A DNA stretch of 42,833 nucleotides from Octopus sinensis (lineage: Eukaryota): positions 1 through 42,833 of the forward strand of contig NW_021835113.1 in assembly GCF_006345805.1 (NCBI RefSeq), given 5' to 3'. The notes under the pieces are model-generated. The model worked only from the letters and a program-made list of their open reading frames with translations, was not told where the DNA came from and searched no databases. This document shows positions 1 through 11,603 of this stretch, in pieces (the first letter of the stretch is position 1; every line of letters starts with the position of its first letter). The position numbers were made by a program, and so were the translations under genes.

Positions 1-210
1 AACATCTGAAAGAGGGTGCGGGCCCTTGTGGTCAGGGCGATCCCAGTTCTTTAACTGGGATTCATCGAAAAGTCCTGGGCAGTTTTTCCTTAAAGGGGAA
101 TTTTCAGTTGGAATTGTACTATCATCTTTTGTTCTTATTATTTCCATTTTCACATTGTATACATTTAAACTATCCATCGTAGTTTTATCCTGCTCTTGTA
201 CCGTCCCTAA

Positions 211-349
211 CTGTCTGAAAACAGCACTGCTTGGAACCGCTCGAATACTCGGGAAAGTGCTCGGAAAATAAAACGTGTTACCTTAGTTTACTGGTAGTGA
301 ACAGCTGACACTGTAATACCTCTTCAGCGTTAGAATCTGTACAAAGGGC
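211..349 (+). mobile_element. 3' end of an R4/Dong-like (RLE-type) non-LTR retrotransposon, followed by an (AAT)n tail
   Basis: Reads LKTALLGTARILGKVLGK* (stop 269-271), matching the typical C-terminus of RLE-type LINE ORFs (xKxALLGTAxILRKVL). About 80 nt of 3' UTR follows, then (AAT)n from 350. Confidence 0.7.
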
Positions 350-359
350 AATAATAATA

Positions 360-405
<46 letters not shown>

Positions 406-422
406 TAATAATAATAATAATA

Positions 423-463
<41 letters not shown>

Positions 464-549
464 TAATAATAATATAAGTAATAATAATAATAATATAATA
501 ATAATAATAATAATAATAATAAAATAATAATAATAATAATAATAATAAT
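350..549. repeat. (AAT)n microsatellite
   Basis: Near-pure AAT run with a few slips. Confidence 0.98.
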
Positions 550-587
550 TGTAACAAACATGCAGATTAAAAGTAAATAATAATAAT

Positions 588-1097
588 CAACAGACTGGAA
601 GTGTTATCATGTACATTGTTTTGTCTTAGTATAAAAGATGGGCGACAGCAAATATTCTGCTCAATACCAAAGATTTGCTTGTCAGTTGTTTGACCTTAAC
701 GAGTTGAGCATGTCCCTTAGTGGCTGACGATATTTGCATCTCTGATCACGAACAGGAGTAGTGGAGGAGCATCATAGCCATGTGCTGAGAGGAATTCTTT
801 AGAGTTTGGACAATTCACCTTAGTAAACAGCGCTATTTTGTTCAACTTCCCCAAACAACCCTTATTCAGGGACCTTTTGAGCGGGATGAGCTACTCGACC
901 TGAAGAAAATTCTGACTGGGCCCCACCTGCAAGGTAATGCGCTCTTTATCTTAATATGAGATCATTATGTTGCATACATATGGTTGTGATGCAAGTGCCT
1001 GGTGTACCCTTATTAGACGGGTAGTCATGATGGGTATACTGGGCTTCGTATATTTTACCCCAGTGTCACTTTGATGCCATGCACTACTCTCTCACTC
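588..1097 (+). mobile_element. Non-coding retroelement segment (non-autonomous element or long 3' UTR) ending in (AAT)n
   Basis: About 510 nt of complex sequence without an ORF, bounded by AAT runs on both sides (576-587, 1098-1130), with a small 3' hairpin ACTGGG...CCCAGT. Recognised as a recurrent cephalopod repeat from memory only. Confidence 0.5.
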
Positions 1098-1129
1098 AAT
1101 AATAATAGTAATAATAATAATAATAATAA

Positions 1130-1160
<31 letters not shown>

Positions 1161-1315
1161 AAGAAGAAGAGAAGAAGAGAAGGAGGAGGAGAAGAAGAAG
1201 AAGAAGAAGAAGAAGAAGAGAAGAAGAAGAAGAAGAAGAAGAGAAGAAGGAAGAAGAAGAAGAATAAGAAGAGAAGAGAAGAGAAGAAGAAGAAGAAGAA
1301 GAAGAAGAAGAAGAA
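1098..1315. repeat. Compound (AAT)n-(AAG)n microsatellite
   Basis: AAT 1098-1130 switches directly to imperfect AAG 1131-1315. Confidence 0.95.
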
Positions 1316-3770
1316 TCCCAAATGATTCTACAAAGAACTTAGCAAAAATGAAATGCAGATCAATGCAGTACCAACAGCAGAAGAAGCAGAAGAATTTTGG
1401 AAAGAAGTATAGTCGATGAAGGAACAACCTCAGAATAGATCTATTAAAACAACAAACAGAGCACCTGAACAACTCTGGACACGGACATGGACAACGGAAG
1501 AGGACACCCAGACACTGCAAAAACTAAGCAACTGGAAGGCATCCGGGCACGACAAGACCCCCAATTTCTGGCTAAAATATCGAACAGGATAATATACGAC
1601 GCTGACGGAGAAATTCAATGAGGAACTAGCAGAGCGAGAGACAACACCTGAATGGCTCACAGAAAGGAAAGCATCCTAATTTCTAAATCGACTGGAACGA
1701 CAAACCCACAAAGCTACAGGCCCATAACATGCCTCCATGTTATCGCAGAGAATGAAAAAACATCTGGAAGAAAACAACTTACTTCCAGAAGAGCAGGAGG
1801 GGTGCTGTAAAGGTTTATATCGTTGTAAATATCAGTTATTGATCAATAAAGCCATAACTGAAGGCAGCCGAAAGAAAAAGAAGGGTCTAAGTATGGCTTG
1901 GATCGATAATCGAAAGGCTTTTGACAGTATTGCCCACACGTGGATCCTGGAAACACTAACCATGAACAAAAGTAATACCAATAATAATAAAATATATAAA
2001 GCATTCCAGACACTGCTGCAGCTCCAGACAAAAAAGGGACTCATAAAAACAAAAGCCATCTCCATTAGAAGAAGAATATTCCAAGGAGGCTCGCTCTCTC
2101 CACTCCTTTTCTGTTTAGCCTCCAACTGACACGCTAAACAGAACTGGATGTAGGTACAACTGCTATGGTAAAACAGTTGTATATGGGTGATCAAAACTAT
2201 ATGCTGCAAATTGTAAACAACTGGAGACAGAGCATGAATTTACTAAAGAAATAAACATCAAATTCTGCTTCGAAAAATGTGCCAAGACATGCACCCAACA
2301 CTAGAGCTGAAGACACCTCCAAAAGGGGGATGCCGCCACGTCAAAACGGTAGAGGAGTAGGGATCGAAACCGGACGTGGTTCCTCCTGATGATGTCTTGA
2401 GCTAACTGGATCCTATAAAGGAGCTGTTGTGGTAGCAGACCACGAAACACGAAACACGGTTGTAATTCCACCTTGGAAAGTAGAAAACTAGTTAAGAGTA
2501 ACAATATCACGCTAGATAATGCAAATGAAATAAGAAAATTAGTCCAAAGTCAGACATACAAATACTTATGTATCAATCAACTGGATACAGTACAACACAC
2601 AAAAATGAAAAAGAAAATAAAGAAGGAATACTATAGACGAGTTAGATTAATACTTAAAACAGAGTTCAATGCGAAAAACAAGATAATGGATATCAACACT
2701 CTAGTTGTCCTAGTTATAAGTTAGAGTTACAATATACTTAATTTGGCTCTAAATGAACTAACCAAACTAGACCGGAAAACAAGAAAAATAATGACAGAAT
2801 TTTGGATGCACCACCCAAAATCTGACATAGAAAGGTTATATATTCAACGAATTGAAGGTGGTAGAGGCCTTGCACAACTAGAAAACTATTATAAAACAAG
2901 CACCATAAGATGACAGAAATATCTAATTCAGAAACATGGAAAACTGGAACAAATAGCCACAAAACACAAACTACAAGAAAGGTGTCATAGTACCTGATAA
3001 CTATGAAGAAAAGGAGGAAACAATAAGAAGCTGTAAAACAACTGAAATTCAAACTGGAACAGCAAAGTGCCACAATAAAACGATGGCAAGAAAAGCCCTT
3101 ACGTAGCACACAGTGAGATAAGCTAAACAGAAAAGAAATAGACGAAGTAAAATCGCAAGTTCTAGCGATGAAGGAATATTTTCACAGACATGATAGAGGT
3201 GGAACCTATATACAGTGGAAGCTATGCCAACGCTATGGAATAACAACAGGAAATTAATGGTTTGGGCACACCAAAGAAAAGATCTCAGAAAATGCGAAAG
3301 CAACCATACTCTGGGATATTCCAAGACACAGATAGAGAAATCAAGGATAAAGGGCCGGATATAGTTGTCAGAGACCATTAAGAATAAAATCCCTTCTAAC
3401 TGATGAATCAATCCCAACAGATGACAATGTATTTCTAAAAGAAATGGTGAAACTCTCAAACTACAAAGATCAGGAAATAGAGGTAACCCGAACGGGGAGC
3501 TTAAAAAACAGAAACAATTCCTATAAAATGATAATAGGTGCATTAAGTATGATTAAAGACATTCAGACAAATACATAACCAAAACACCAGGACTTATGAA
3601 TGTATATAACATAGAGAAAATAGAACTACAAGGCACTGGGCACAACCTACGTAAAGCACTTTCTATACAGTGAAAATAGCAGCACCATATCTAAACAACA
3701 GCACATGCCCAAGGCACACAGAGCTGCGCTCGGTAGTGCAGTGAAATCACGTATGTAAATAAGATTACTG
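1314..3770 (+). mobile_element. 5'-truncated, frameshifted R4/Dong-like non-LTR retrotransposon (RT + RLE endonuclease) with (AAT)n tail
   Basis: RT-region motifs NWKASGHD, YRPITCL, WIDNRKAFDSIAH, IFQGGSLSPLLF, YKYLC and HPKSDIERLYIQRIEGGRGL. RLE-like RPDIVV motif near 3355, then C-terminal LQGTGHNLRKALSIQ* (~3672). 3' UTR to 3770, then (AAT)n. Many stops and frameshifts. Confidence 0.88.
2290..2469 (+). mobile_element. 180-nt foreign insertion inside the RT region, carrying hammerhead-like core motifs
   Basis: Removing it rejoins K-C-A-K-T|T-L-E-S-R-K-L in frame. Contains CTGAAGA (2307), CTGATGA (2386) and CGAAAC x3 (2365, 2443, 2450). Confidence 0.55.
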
Positions 3771-3786
3771 AATAATAATAATAATA

Positions 3787-3831
<45 letters not shown>

Positions 3832-3862
3832 CAACAACAACAACAACAACATGTAGTAGTAA

Positions 3863-3908
<46 letters not shown>

Positions 3909-3975
3909 TGTTGTTGTTGTTGCTGCTGCTGCTGCTGCTGCTGTGTTGTTGTTGTTGTTGTTGTTGTTGTTGTAT
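3771..3975. repeat. Compound trinucleotide microsatellite (AAT)(AAC)(AGT)(GTT)(GCT)(GTT)
   Basis: Directly readable successive repeat blocks. Confidence 0.95.
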
Positions 3976-4658
3976 CATTATGTGCCTGGATGGCGTTTTA
4001 TTTAATAAACAGATAAGGCGAGAATGGGAAAAGAAAGAGTTAAGTTAAAGAAAAATAATTTAAAAAAAGCAACAACAAAAACCAACAAACAGCCAGAGCA
4101 GCAAATCCAAAAATTGAAAATTAAACAAAAATAAATATATAATATAAACATCTACTACAACGTCAAGCCAACAACAACAACAACAACAACGACGACTGCC
4201 ATCATACGCAACAACAACAACAACAACAAAACAAAAGACTGCAAACAGCAAATAGAATTAGGAAAAACGATAGAACAGGTTGATATTAGTTTCTATTCTT
4301 CTAACGTTCCTCATGAATTAAATATTTGACAGGCGTATATTCTTGTGAAAGACAGAGGTGCACCGCAAGGCAAGCGGCGTCATGGAAGCATGACTTGCTT
4401 CTTGGCATTATATGCATTGCTGTGACACTCATGCAGCTACGAACAAACAAACAAACAACAAACAAAACATGGCAGAGCGGTGGGGGGGAGAAAAAAAACA
4501 CCTCCTCTTGTTACTGGGTTGGCTAAGTTTTTTATTCGTCGAATTTTATTGTTTTGTATGCTTTATTAAGACGAGTGTGTGCCTGCGTATATTCACGTGT
4601 GTGCGCGCGCTTGTGTGTGTGGTATATATATGTGTGTGTGTGTGCGTGTGTATATTCA

Positions 4659-4692
<34 letters not shown>

Positions 4693-5260
4693 GTGTTTGT
4701 TTGTTTTCCTCGGTCTCAGTTCACAGCTCATCGGAACACGCCCTCTCCAACCTCTCACGCAACACGCGGTGTGTTCAAGCCACCAGAACCGGGTGGAGGG
4801 GCGATTTCGTCCTCTGCGCATTTGTAGACATATGACGTCTTTCCTTCTTCCTTTCCTTCTTTCATCATTCTTTTTAATTTACACAAGCTTGTACGCATGT
4901 GCGTGTGTGCTTTCTTCTATAAATCGCATGCATATATTACCGTATATATGTAGTGTTTGTTTATAGGTATGTTTATATATATATATATATATATATGCAC
5001 GTACGCACAAAGATGTACATGTATGTATGAGAGCGTGTATGCATGAATTTAGCAAGCTCATGTATGAACACTCTAAAATTTAAATAATTTATTTGAATTT
5101 TTTTTTGTTCGCTAGTATTGACAGAAATAAATCAGCGTGTATGTTCCTCTATGTCTGTGCATATATGTATATATTTGCGCGTATATGTATATATTTGTGC
5201 GAAAAAGTCAACATATGTGTTTTACATGTAATAACTAACCATCTCTATATGGTTCTTACC

Positions 5261-5300
<40 letters not shown>

Positions 5301-5513
5301 TGTATGCGCGTGTATGTGTCTGCGTGTGGCTTAATATCGTGCGTCTAGCTCTAGTCGGCACTTCGTAGCTACTGCCCTCTGGTTACCACTACATGAATTA
5401 CTCAGTATGACCGACAATGCAATAGTTACTATCGCTTTTTAACCTTGCAGGGCAATCTACTGCCTACCTAGATACTTCTGTATACCAATTTATACATCAC
5501 TATTAGAGTACAT

Positions 5514-5814
5514 GTGGAGGCGCAATGGCCCAGTGGTTAGGGCAGCGGACTCGTGGTCGTAGGATCGCGGTCTCGATTCCCAGGCCGGGCGTTGTGAGTG
5601 TTTATTGAGCGAAAACACCTAAAGCTCCACGAGGTTCCGGCAGGGGGTGGTGGCAAACTCTGCTGTACTCTTTCGCCACAATTTTCTCTCGCTCTTTCTT
5701 CTGTTGGCCTGCTCGCTTAGCCAGGGGGTGGCGTCATTTGAAGGCTAAAACAATGCGAAGCGCATTGTGGCCAGCGATGTGTAGCAACATCTGATAGCCT
5801 GCTCGGTCACGGTG
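5514..5814 (+). mobile_element. tRNA-derived SINE, family A, full length with 12-bp TSD
   Basis: A-box TGGCCCAGTGG and B-box-like GGTCTCGATTCC. TSD ATTAGAGTACAT at 5502-5513 and 5815-5826. Homologous to 14751-15039 and 38308-38616. Confidence 0.9.
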
Positions 5815-6145
5815 ATTAGAGTACATATATTTCGTTGACTAACTATCTACAACTACAACCACAATTATTTTAGCTATTTCAATTTCTTTAACGTCATGAT
5901 ATCAATAACCATTGCCCCTCTTATGAACCATGTATGCTAAACATTGCATACAAATGCCTGTATGGCTATCTATATATGTGTAGATATTAAAATATTACTA
6001 ACTCGCTGAGTATCGATGTATACAGGACACTACATTAAAAATGTGAAAGTAACTTTATGGAACTACCGCTCAAAAATCGGTATCGTTTTTCGTGATTTGA
6101 ATTTTAGGAGAAGCAAGAGGTTTTAATATATATATGCATCACTGA

Positions 6146-6590
6146 AGGCGGGCGAAATGCGTAGCCGTATTTCGTCTGCCGTTACGTTCTGAGTTCAAAT
6201 TCCGCCGAGGTCGACTTTGCCTATCATCCTTTCGGGGTCGATAAATTAAGTACCAGTTAACTTACTGGGGTCGATGTAATCGACTTAATCCGTTTGTCCG
6301 TCCTTGTTTGTCCCCTCTGTGTTTAGCCCCTTGTGGGTAGTAAAGAAATAGGTATTTAGCCCCTTGTGGGCAATAAAGAAATAAGAATCGTAAGCACGCC
6401 GGGAAAATTACTTAGCGACATTTCGTCCGTCTTTACGTTGTGAGTTCAAATTCCGCCGAGATCGGCTTTACCTTTCATCCTTTCGGGGTCGATAAAATAA
6501 GGACCAGTCAAGAACTGGGGTCGATATGATCAACTTACCACTACACAGAAATGAATGGCCTTGTGCCAAAATTTGCCACCAGTATATACG
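6146..6590 (+). mobile_element. Two adjacent SINE family B copies with different 3' tails
   Basis: Core GTTCTGAGTTCAAATTCCGCCGAGGTCGACTTTGCC...GGGGTCGAT occurs twice. The first ends in the GCCCCTTGTGGG...AAAGAAATA tail, the second in ...GGCCTTGTGCCAAAATTTG. Confidence 0.85.
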
Positions 6591-7018
6591 CATCAATGTA
6601 TGCATAGTATATCTCCTTCCGTGGTTATGTGGTAAGGAGTTTACCTCTGAAGCGCATTGTTCCGGGTTCAGTCACGTTGTGTGGCACCTGTAACAAGTGT
6701 CCGATTATGGCCACTGTACAACGATTGAAACAAAAAAAAAAGTTCTATATGTATAATAGGAGTGTGTGTAGTAGTAGTAGTAGTAGTAACAACGACTGCG
6801 GGATTCGAACCCAGCACTGAGTATAAGTTCTTCACCCGTGTTAACCTCTACCTCGAAATGACCGCACAAGCACAGGAAGTCAGATTTGGCAGACTTAAAT
6901 TATGTATATACAATGCTATACTAGTGACCTACTACTAATAGATATCTCCGACCACAAAATATTCAAGGTATAGTATGGTGTGTGTGCGTAATATAATATA
7001 CGTGAGTATAATATATAT

Positions 7019-7089
<71 letters not shown>

Positions 7090-7959
7090 ATATATAATAT
7101 ATAAACATAGGCATATACATGTACTACGTATGTCTATACACGCATTTATACATCATTTCATATTATAGACGCATGGGCCTAGAGTTTTGGGGGAACGACT
7201 CAGCAAAATCTCATAGAACGTGTATATGTGCATGTGCTAGTGTGCATGTTTAACAAATATACATAGCGTATATATACATTTATCTACATTTATACGTGTG
7301 TCCGTTTTCTTCTTTTTTGCCCGTATATGTATGTGTATGTCTCAAAACACACACACACACATACGAGCACCAGCGCACACACACACACACATCCACACAC
7401 GCGCACGAAACACATGTATAGATGCTTATGTGTATGCGTGATGAGTTGGTTTATGAGCTGATATGATTCTGCAGAGGATGTGATGTATGGTCCGTGACCA
7501 TCGTAAGTTAAACAGGCTAGTGTTGAAAATCAACTAATTCGAGAGCATTGTTTAATCAAAGAAATAACCAGAACGAACGACAGACAACGGAACCATTCCT
7601 TTGTCAGTGCATTCGGCTATTGACAATTAATATTCTTCCCAATAAATGTCACTTTTTAGCTGCCACGCATTGCTGGTTTCCTAGCGACAAAAGTTCCTCT
7701 CAACTTTTCCAATGTTTCCTATTCGTTTGCAACTCGACTATTCTAGTCTCCATATGAATGGCGTATGTGTGCGTGCACGCGTGTGTGTGTGCATGTGTGT
7801 GTGTGTGTGTGTGCGTGTGTGTGCGCGCGTACACACACGTGTATGACTGTCTAAGTGTGTTAATGCGCGTGTGCAGGGAGGGGCAGTGGCTGCCATCTTC
7901 TGTTTCCACCATTTTCTTTCTATATCTGTGTACACGTTATATATCTCCCTCCCTCTGAA

Positions 7960-7981
7960 TATATACATATATGTATATAAT

Positions 7982-8023
<42 letters not shown>

Positions 8024-8107
8024 ATATATATATATATAATATATATATATATATATTAATATATATATATATATATCTCTATTATATATATATATATGTA
8101 TATATGT

Positions 8108-8158
<51 letters not shown>

Positions 8159-8930
8159 TATAATATATATATACATATATATGTACATTCATACATACAT
8201 ACATACCACACATACATAATACACACATACATACATACACACATACATACATACACACAACATACATCCACACATACATACATACCACACATACACACAA
8301 CATACATACCACACATACATACATACACACATACACACATACATACATAACACCATACATACATACATACATACATACATACATACATACATACAAGCGT
8401 GTGTGCAATACAATTCACGTATGTAAGTATATGTATAACATATGTACATGTGTGCGTACGTACGCCTGCACTGTGCCTTATGTCTGTATAACATTATAAC
8501 GATACATTTATGTACTGCTGTACTTGTGTGCATCACTGTGTGTTTATTCATCTTTATATACAAAAATAAACCGCTTATATTTTGTTTCTCATGAATGGCC
8601 TATTATATTGTGTGTCTGTGTTTATGTATGTATGTATGTGGGTAGGTAGGTAGGCTTCCGTACATAAAAGTAAATATATGTATGTATGCATGTATGTATG
8701 CATGTATGTATTATGTATGTATAAACATACTTATATACAAATATATATACATATATACATATATGCATATATATATATATGTATACATATGTATACATAT
8801 TTGTCATGTAATCAGCTATACACACACACACACCAGTTCACATGTATGTATATGCATGTGTGTGCATATGTATGTCAGCATGTTTGTTTACGGATATATA
8901 TATGAACAAATAAACAGTGTACTTAAGCAA
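7960..8930. repeat. (TA)n, (CATA)n and (TATG)n low-complexity block
   Basis: Visible dinucleotide and tetranucleotide runs. Confidence 0.9.
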
Positions 8931-9189
8931 AATATATTAAACGTCGCCTCTGTTCACGCATGTTGTGAGGGTTGCAAATTTGACAAATATGAACACAAAC
9001 AAATAAATAGCAATAGTCGTGTAAATTACATTTGATATATGCATACACACACACACACACACACACCCACAAAGATCAAAGATACTCGCACACTCATACA
9101 TATACGCATATAAGTATGTCGTGCATGCACGTATGTATATATGTATGTATGTCTGTCTGTATGTATGTATTTATGTGTGCATGTATTTA

Positions 9190-9395
9190 TGTAGTTTCAA
9201 ATTTTGGTACAAACCCAGCAAATTCGAAGATAAGTCCACTGCATCGACCACAGTCAGTACTCAACTGGTATATATTTTATTGATCCCGAAAGAACGAAAC
9301 GCAAAGTCAATCTCAGCGAAATTTGAACTCGGAAGGGACGAAATGCCGCTAAGCATTTCCCCGGCCAGCTAAATATTCTGTCAGATCGTTGCCTT
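9190..9395 (-). mobile_element. Degenerate SINE family B
   Basis: Reverse complement matches the family B head and core (GCAAAGTCAATCTCAGCGAAATTTGAACTC; GCTAAGCATTTCCCCGG). Confidence 0.7.
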
Positions 9396-9465
9396 TTCTA
9401 TGTATGCATGCATGTATGTATGTATGTATGTATGTATGTATGTATGTATGTATGTATGTATGTAT

Positions 9466-9855
9466 TTCGGGTCGTCGGCGACTAAACCGGTAACCCCACC
9501 AAGCTTGCTTAGGTGAGGAGGGTGTTTATTGGACACCCTGTGGGATGAAAAACAAAACCCGTCAAAGGGCGGAGGAACTCTTGAGAGTCAAAGGCCATCC
9601 AATAAATGTCTTAAGGATGTATCATGCGCAGAGACATAGAAATAATCGGACTGAATACCCGATCCCGCGGTTAAACCATTGGGAGTGAAGGACTCCTAGC
9701 CTTTGTTTAGGCATCTTTCTAGGAGAAAGTAACTCAGGTAACTGGGATAACTCCGACATAAAACCTGCGGCTCAGTGGTTACCGATGATGTTGACTTGTT
9801 CTTCTTTTCGGATTATGGCTACTGTTGCTAAGTGCGTGTGATTGACTCTGTGCAC
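9466..9855 (+). mobile_element. Hairpin-rich module resembling an RTE-clade LINE 5' UTR
   Basis: Motif GGCATCTTTCTAGGAGAAAGTAACTC resembles the CTAGGAGAAGGAAAACTC motif of RTE 5' UTRs. Many short stems are present and no ORF follows. Confidence 0.45.
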
Positions 9856-10347
9856 AGCCTTTCTTCACTTAAAAAAAAAAATTTTCTTGCACAGGCATTG
9901 CACGATAACAACATTGACTAAGCTTCGGGCAATGGCCATACTCGATAACGAGGGGGCAGCCACCATGTATGTATGTATGTATGTTGCATGTATGTATGTA
10001 TACATGCATGTATGCGTGCATGGATTATGTATGTATATGAAATAAATAGGTATACGCAAAATGCACTATTGCGTAAAGTATGGTTAACTGCTTTTTTTTT
10101 TCTTGAGATTAAAGGCGAATAACAATTGACTCATATTGGTCTTTTCGTGGAAATAAAAATTCTATGCCTATTCTTTTCTATCTGCTGGCTTAATTTACTT
10201 GGGATTAGTACCCGCCAGGAAACAATATTAAATTATTTCCTACGACACAACTCTTCCGTTTAGTCCACTACCTTACATCATTCCCCATTTAGGCTTCTTG
10301 CCGCATAGCCGCATGCACTCAGATGTATGTGTGTGCGCGCATGTGTG

Positions 10348-10418
<71 letters not shown>

Positions 10419-10505
10419 TATGAGAGGTATTGGTGTGAAGAAGACCCAAAGGTATCAGGTAATGCTGAGTCAATGATTATGCGAATGAGGTGTCCATATA
10501 TGTAC

Positions 10506-10544
<39 letters not shown>

Positions 10545-10569
10545 CCTATATTTTTAGCAAAATTCAACA

Positions 10570-10872
10570 GCATGTGCGGCTGTGTGGTGAGAAGTTTACT
10601 TCCGGACCACATGGTTATGGATTCAGTCCAATACGGTTTATGAATTTGTTTCTTTGTGTGTGTGTGTGTGTGTGTGTGTGTCTGTGTCTGTGTGTGTGTG
10701 TGCGTGCGCGCGTCTGTGCTTGCGTGTGTGTGCGTGCGTGTTTGTCTCGCATCACCGCTTGACAAAGAGTGCTGGTATGTTTACTGGGGTACTGGGTCGA
10801 TCCGTTCGACCAAAATCCTTCAACATGGTGCCCCAGCGTGGCCGCAGTCTAATTACTGAAATAAGTAAAAGA
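10570..10872 (+). mobile_element. Degenerate, internally deleted SINE family C
   Basis: Head GGCTGTGTGGTGAGAAG...TTCAGTCC, a central (GT)n, and tail GGTGCCCCAGCGTGGCCGCAGTC...ACTGAAATAAGTAAAAGA. Confidence 0.7.
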
Positions 10873-11157
10873 ATGCAGTACATAATCAATTAATAAGTGT
10901 TTGGTGTTTTTCCTAATGCCATTATTTCAGTAAATGGTGTTTAATAAAGAGAACTGGGAGATACATTGGGTACGTAGTCACAGATACATTCTCTAAAAAA
11001 AAGGGCGGGTTGGTCGTGATTGGAATGCTTTTAACCTCAGGTCAGACAGAGCCCTGGGCTACAAAAATAACTGATATTTAGATGTAAGTAGTTTTGTAAA
11101 CTTTGTTGTTTGTTAACCTACTTTCTATTCTGTAGCAACTGGTATGTATGTATCTTA

Positions 11158-11393
11158 AGGCGGCGAGATGGCAAAAACGTTAGCACGCCGGGCGAAATGC
11201 GTAGCCGTATTTCGTCTGCCGCTACGTTCTGAGTTCAAATTCCGCCGAGGTCGACTTTGTCCTTCATCCTTTCGGAATCGATTAAATAAGTACCAGTTAC
11301 ACACTGGGGTCGATGTAATCGACATAATCAGTTTGTCTGTCCTTGTTTGTCCTCTCTGTGTTTAGCCCCTTGTGGCTAGTAAAGAAATAGGTA
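11158..11393 (+). mobile_element. SINE family B, full-length monomer
   Basis: Runs AGGCGGCGAGATGGCAAAAACGTTAGC...GTTCAAATTCC...GTAAAGAAATAGGTAT. Confidence 0.9.
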
Positions 11394-11462
11394 TATGTGT
11401 ATCTTCTCTTTATTATCCACCAGAAATTTCGTGTTTCTGATTAATTTTATTCTTACTTTCAG

Positions 11463-11603
11463 AGTTTTGCTGGCTCTATTAACCAACATAATTCAAAGAG
11501 ACTTCCTAATGCCATTATTATTGCTTCCTTCCTAGCAATTATCCTTTCACTGTTAATTGCCTTGCGAACGAATTGTTCATCGCACAGATGTACAGATGGA
11601 TAA
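11463..11603 (+). CDS. Candidate terminal coding exon with a hydrophobic C-terminal segment (unconfirmed)
   Basis: Acceptor-like TTTTATTCTTACTTTCAG (AG at 11461-11462). Only one frame stays open: SFAGSINQHNSKRLPNAIIIASFLAIILSLLIALRTNCSSHRCTDG*. No upstream exons identified. Confidence 0.25.
   Translation, partial: SFAGSINQHNSKRLPNAIIIASFLAIILSLLIALRTNCSSHRCTDG

Noticed and set aside
5514-5590. tRNA gene calls at SINE heads (also 14751, 16508, 38308)
   Set aside because: A and B boxes are present, but the acceptor stems are incomplete and the sequence continues into SINE bodies or tails.
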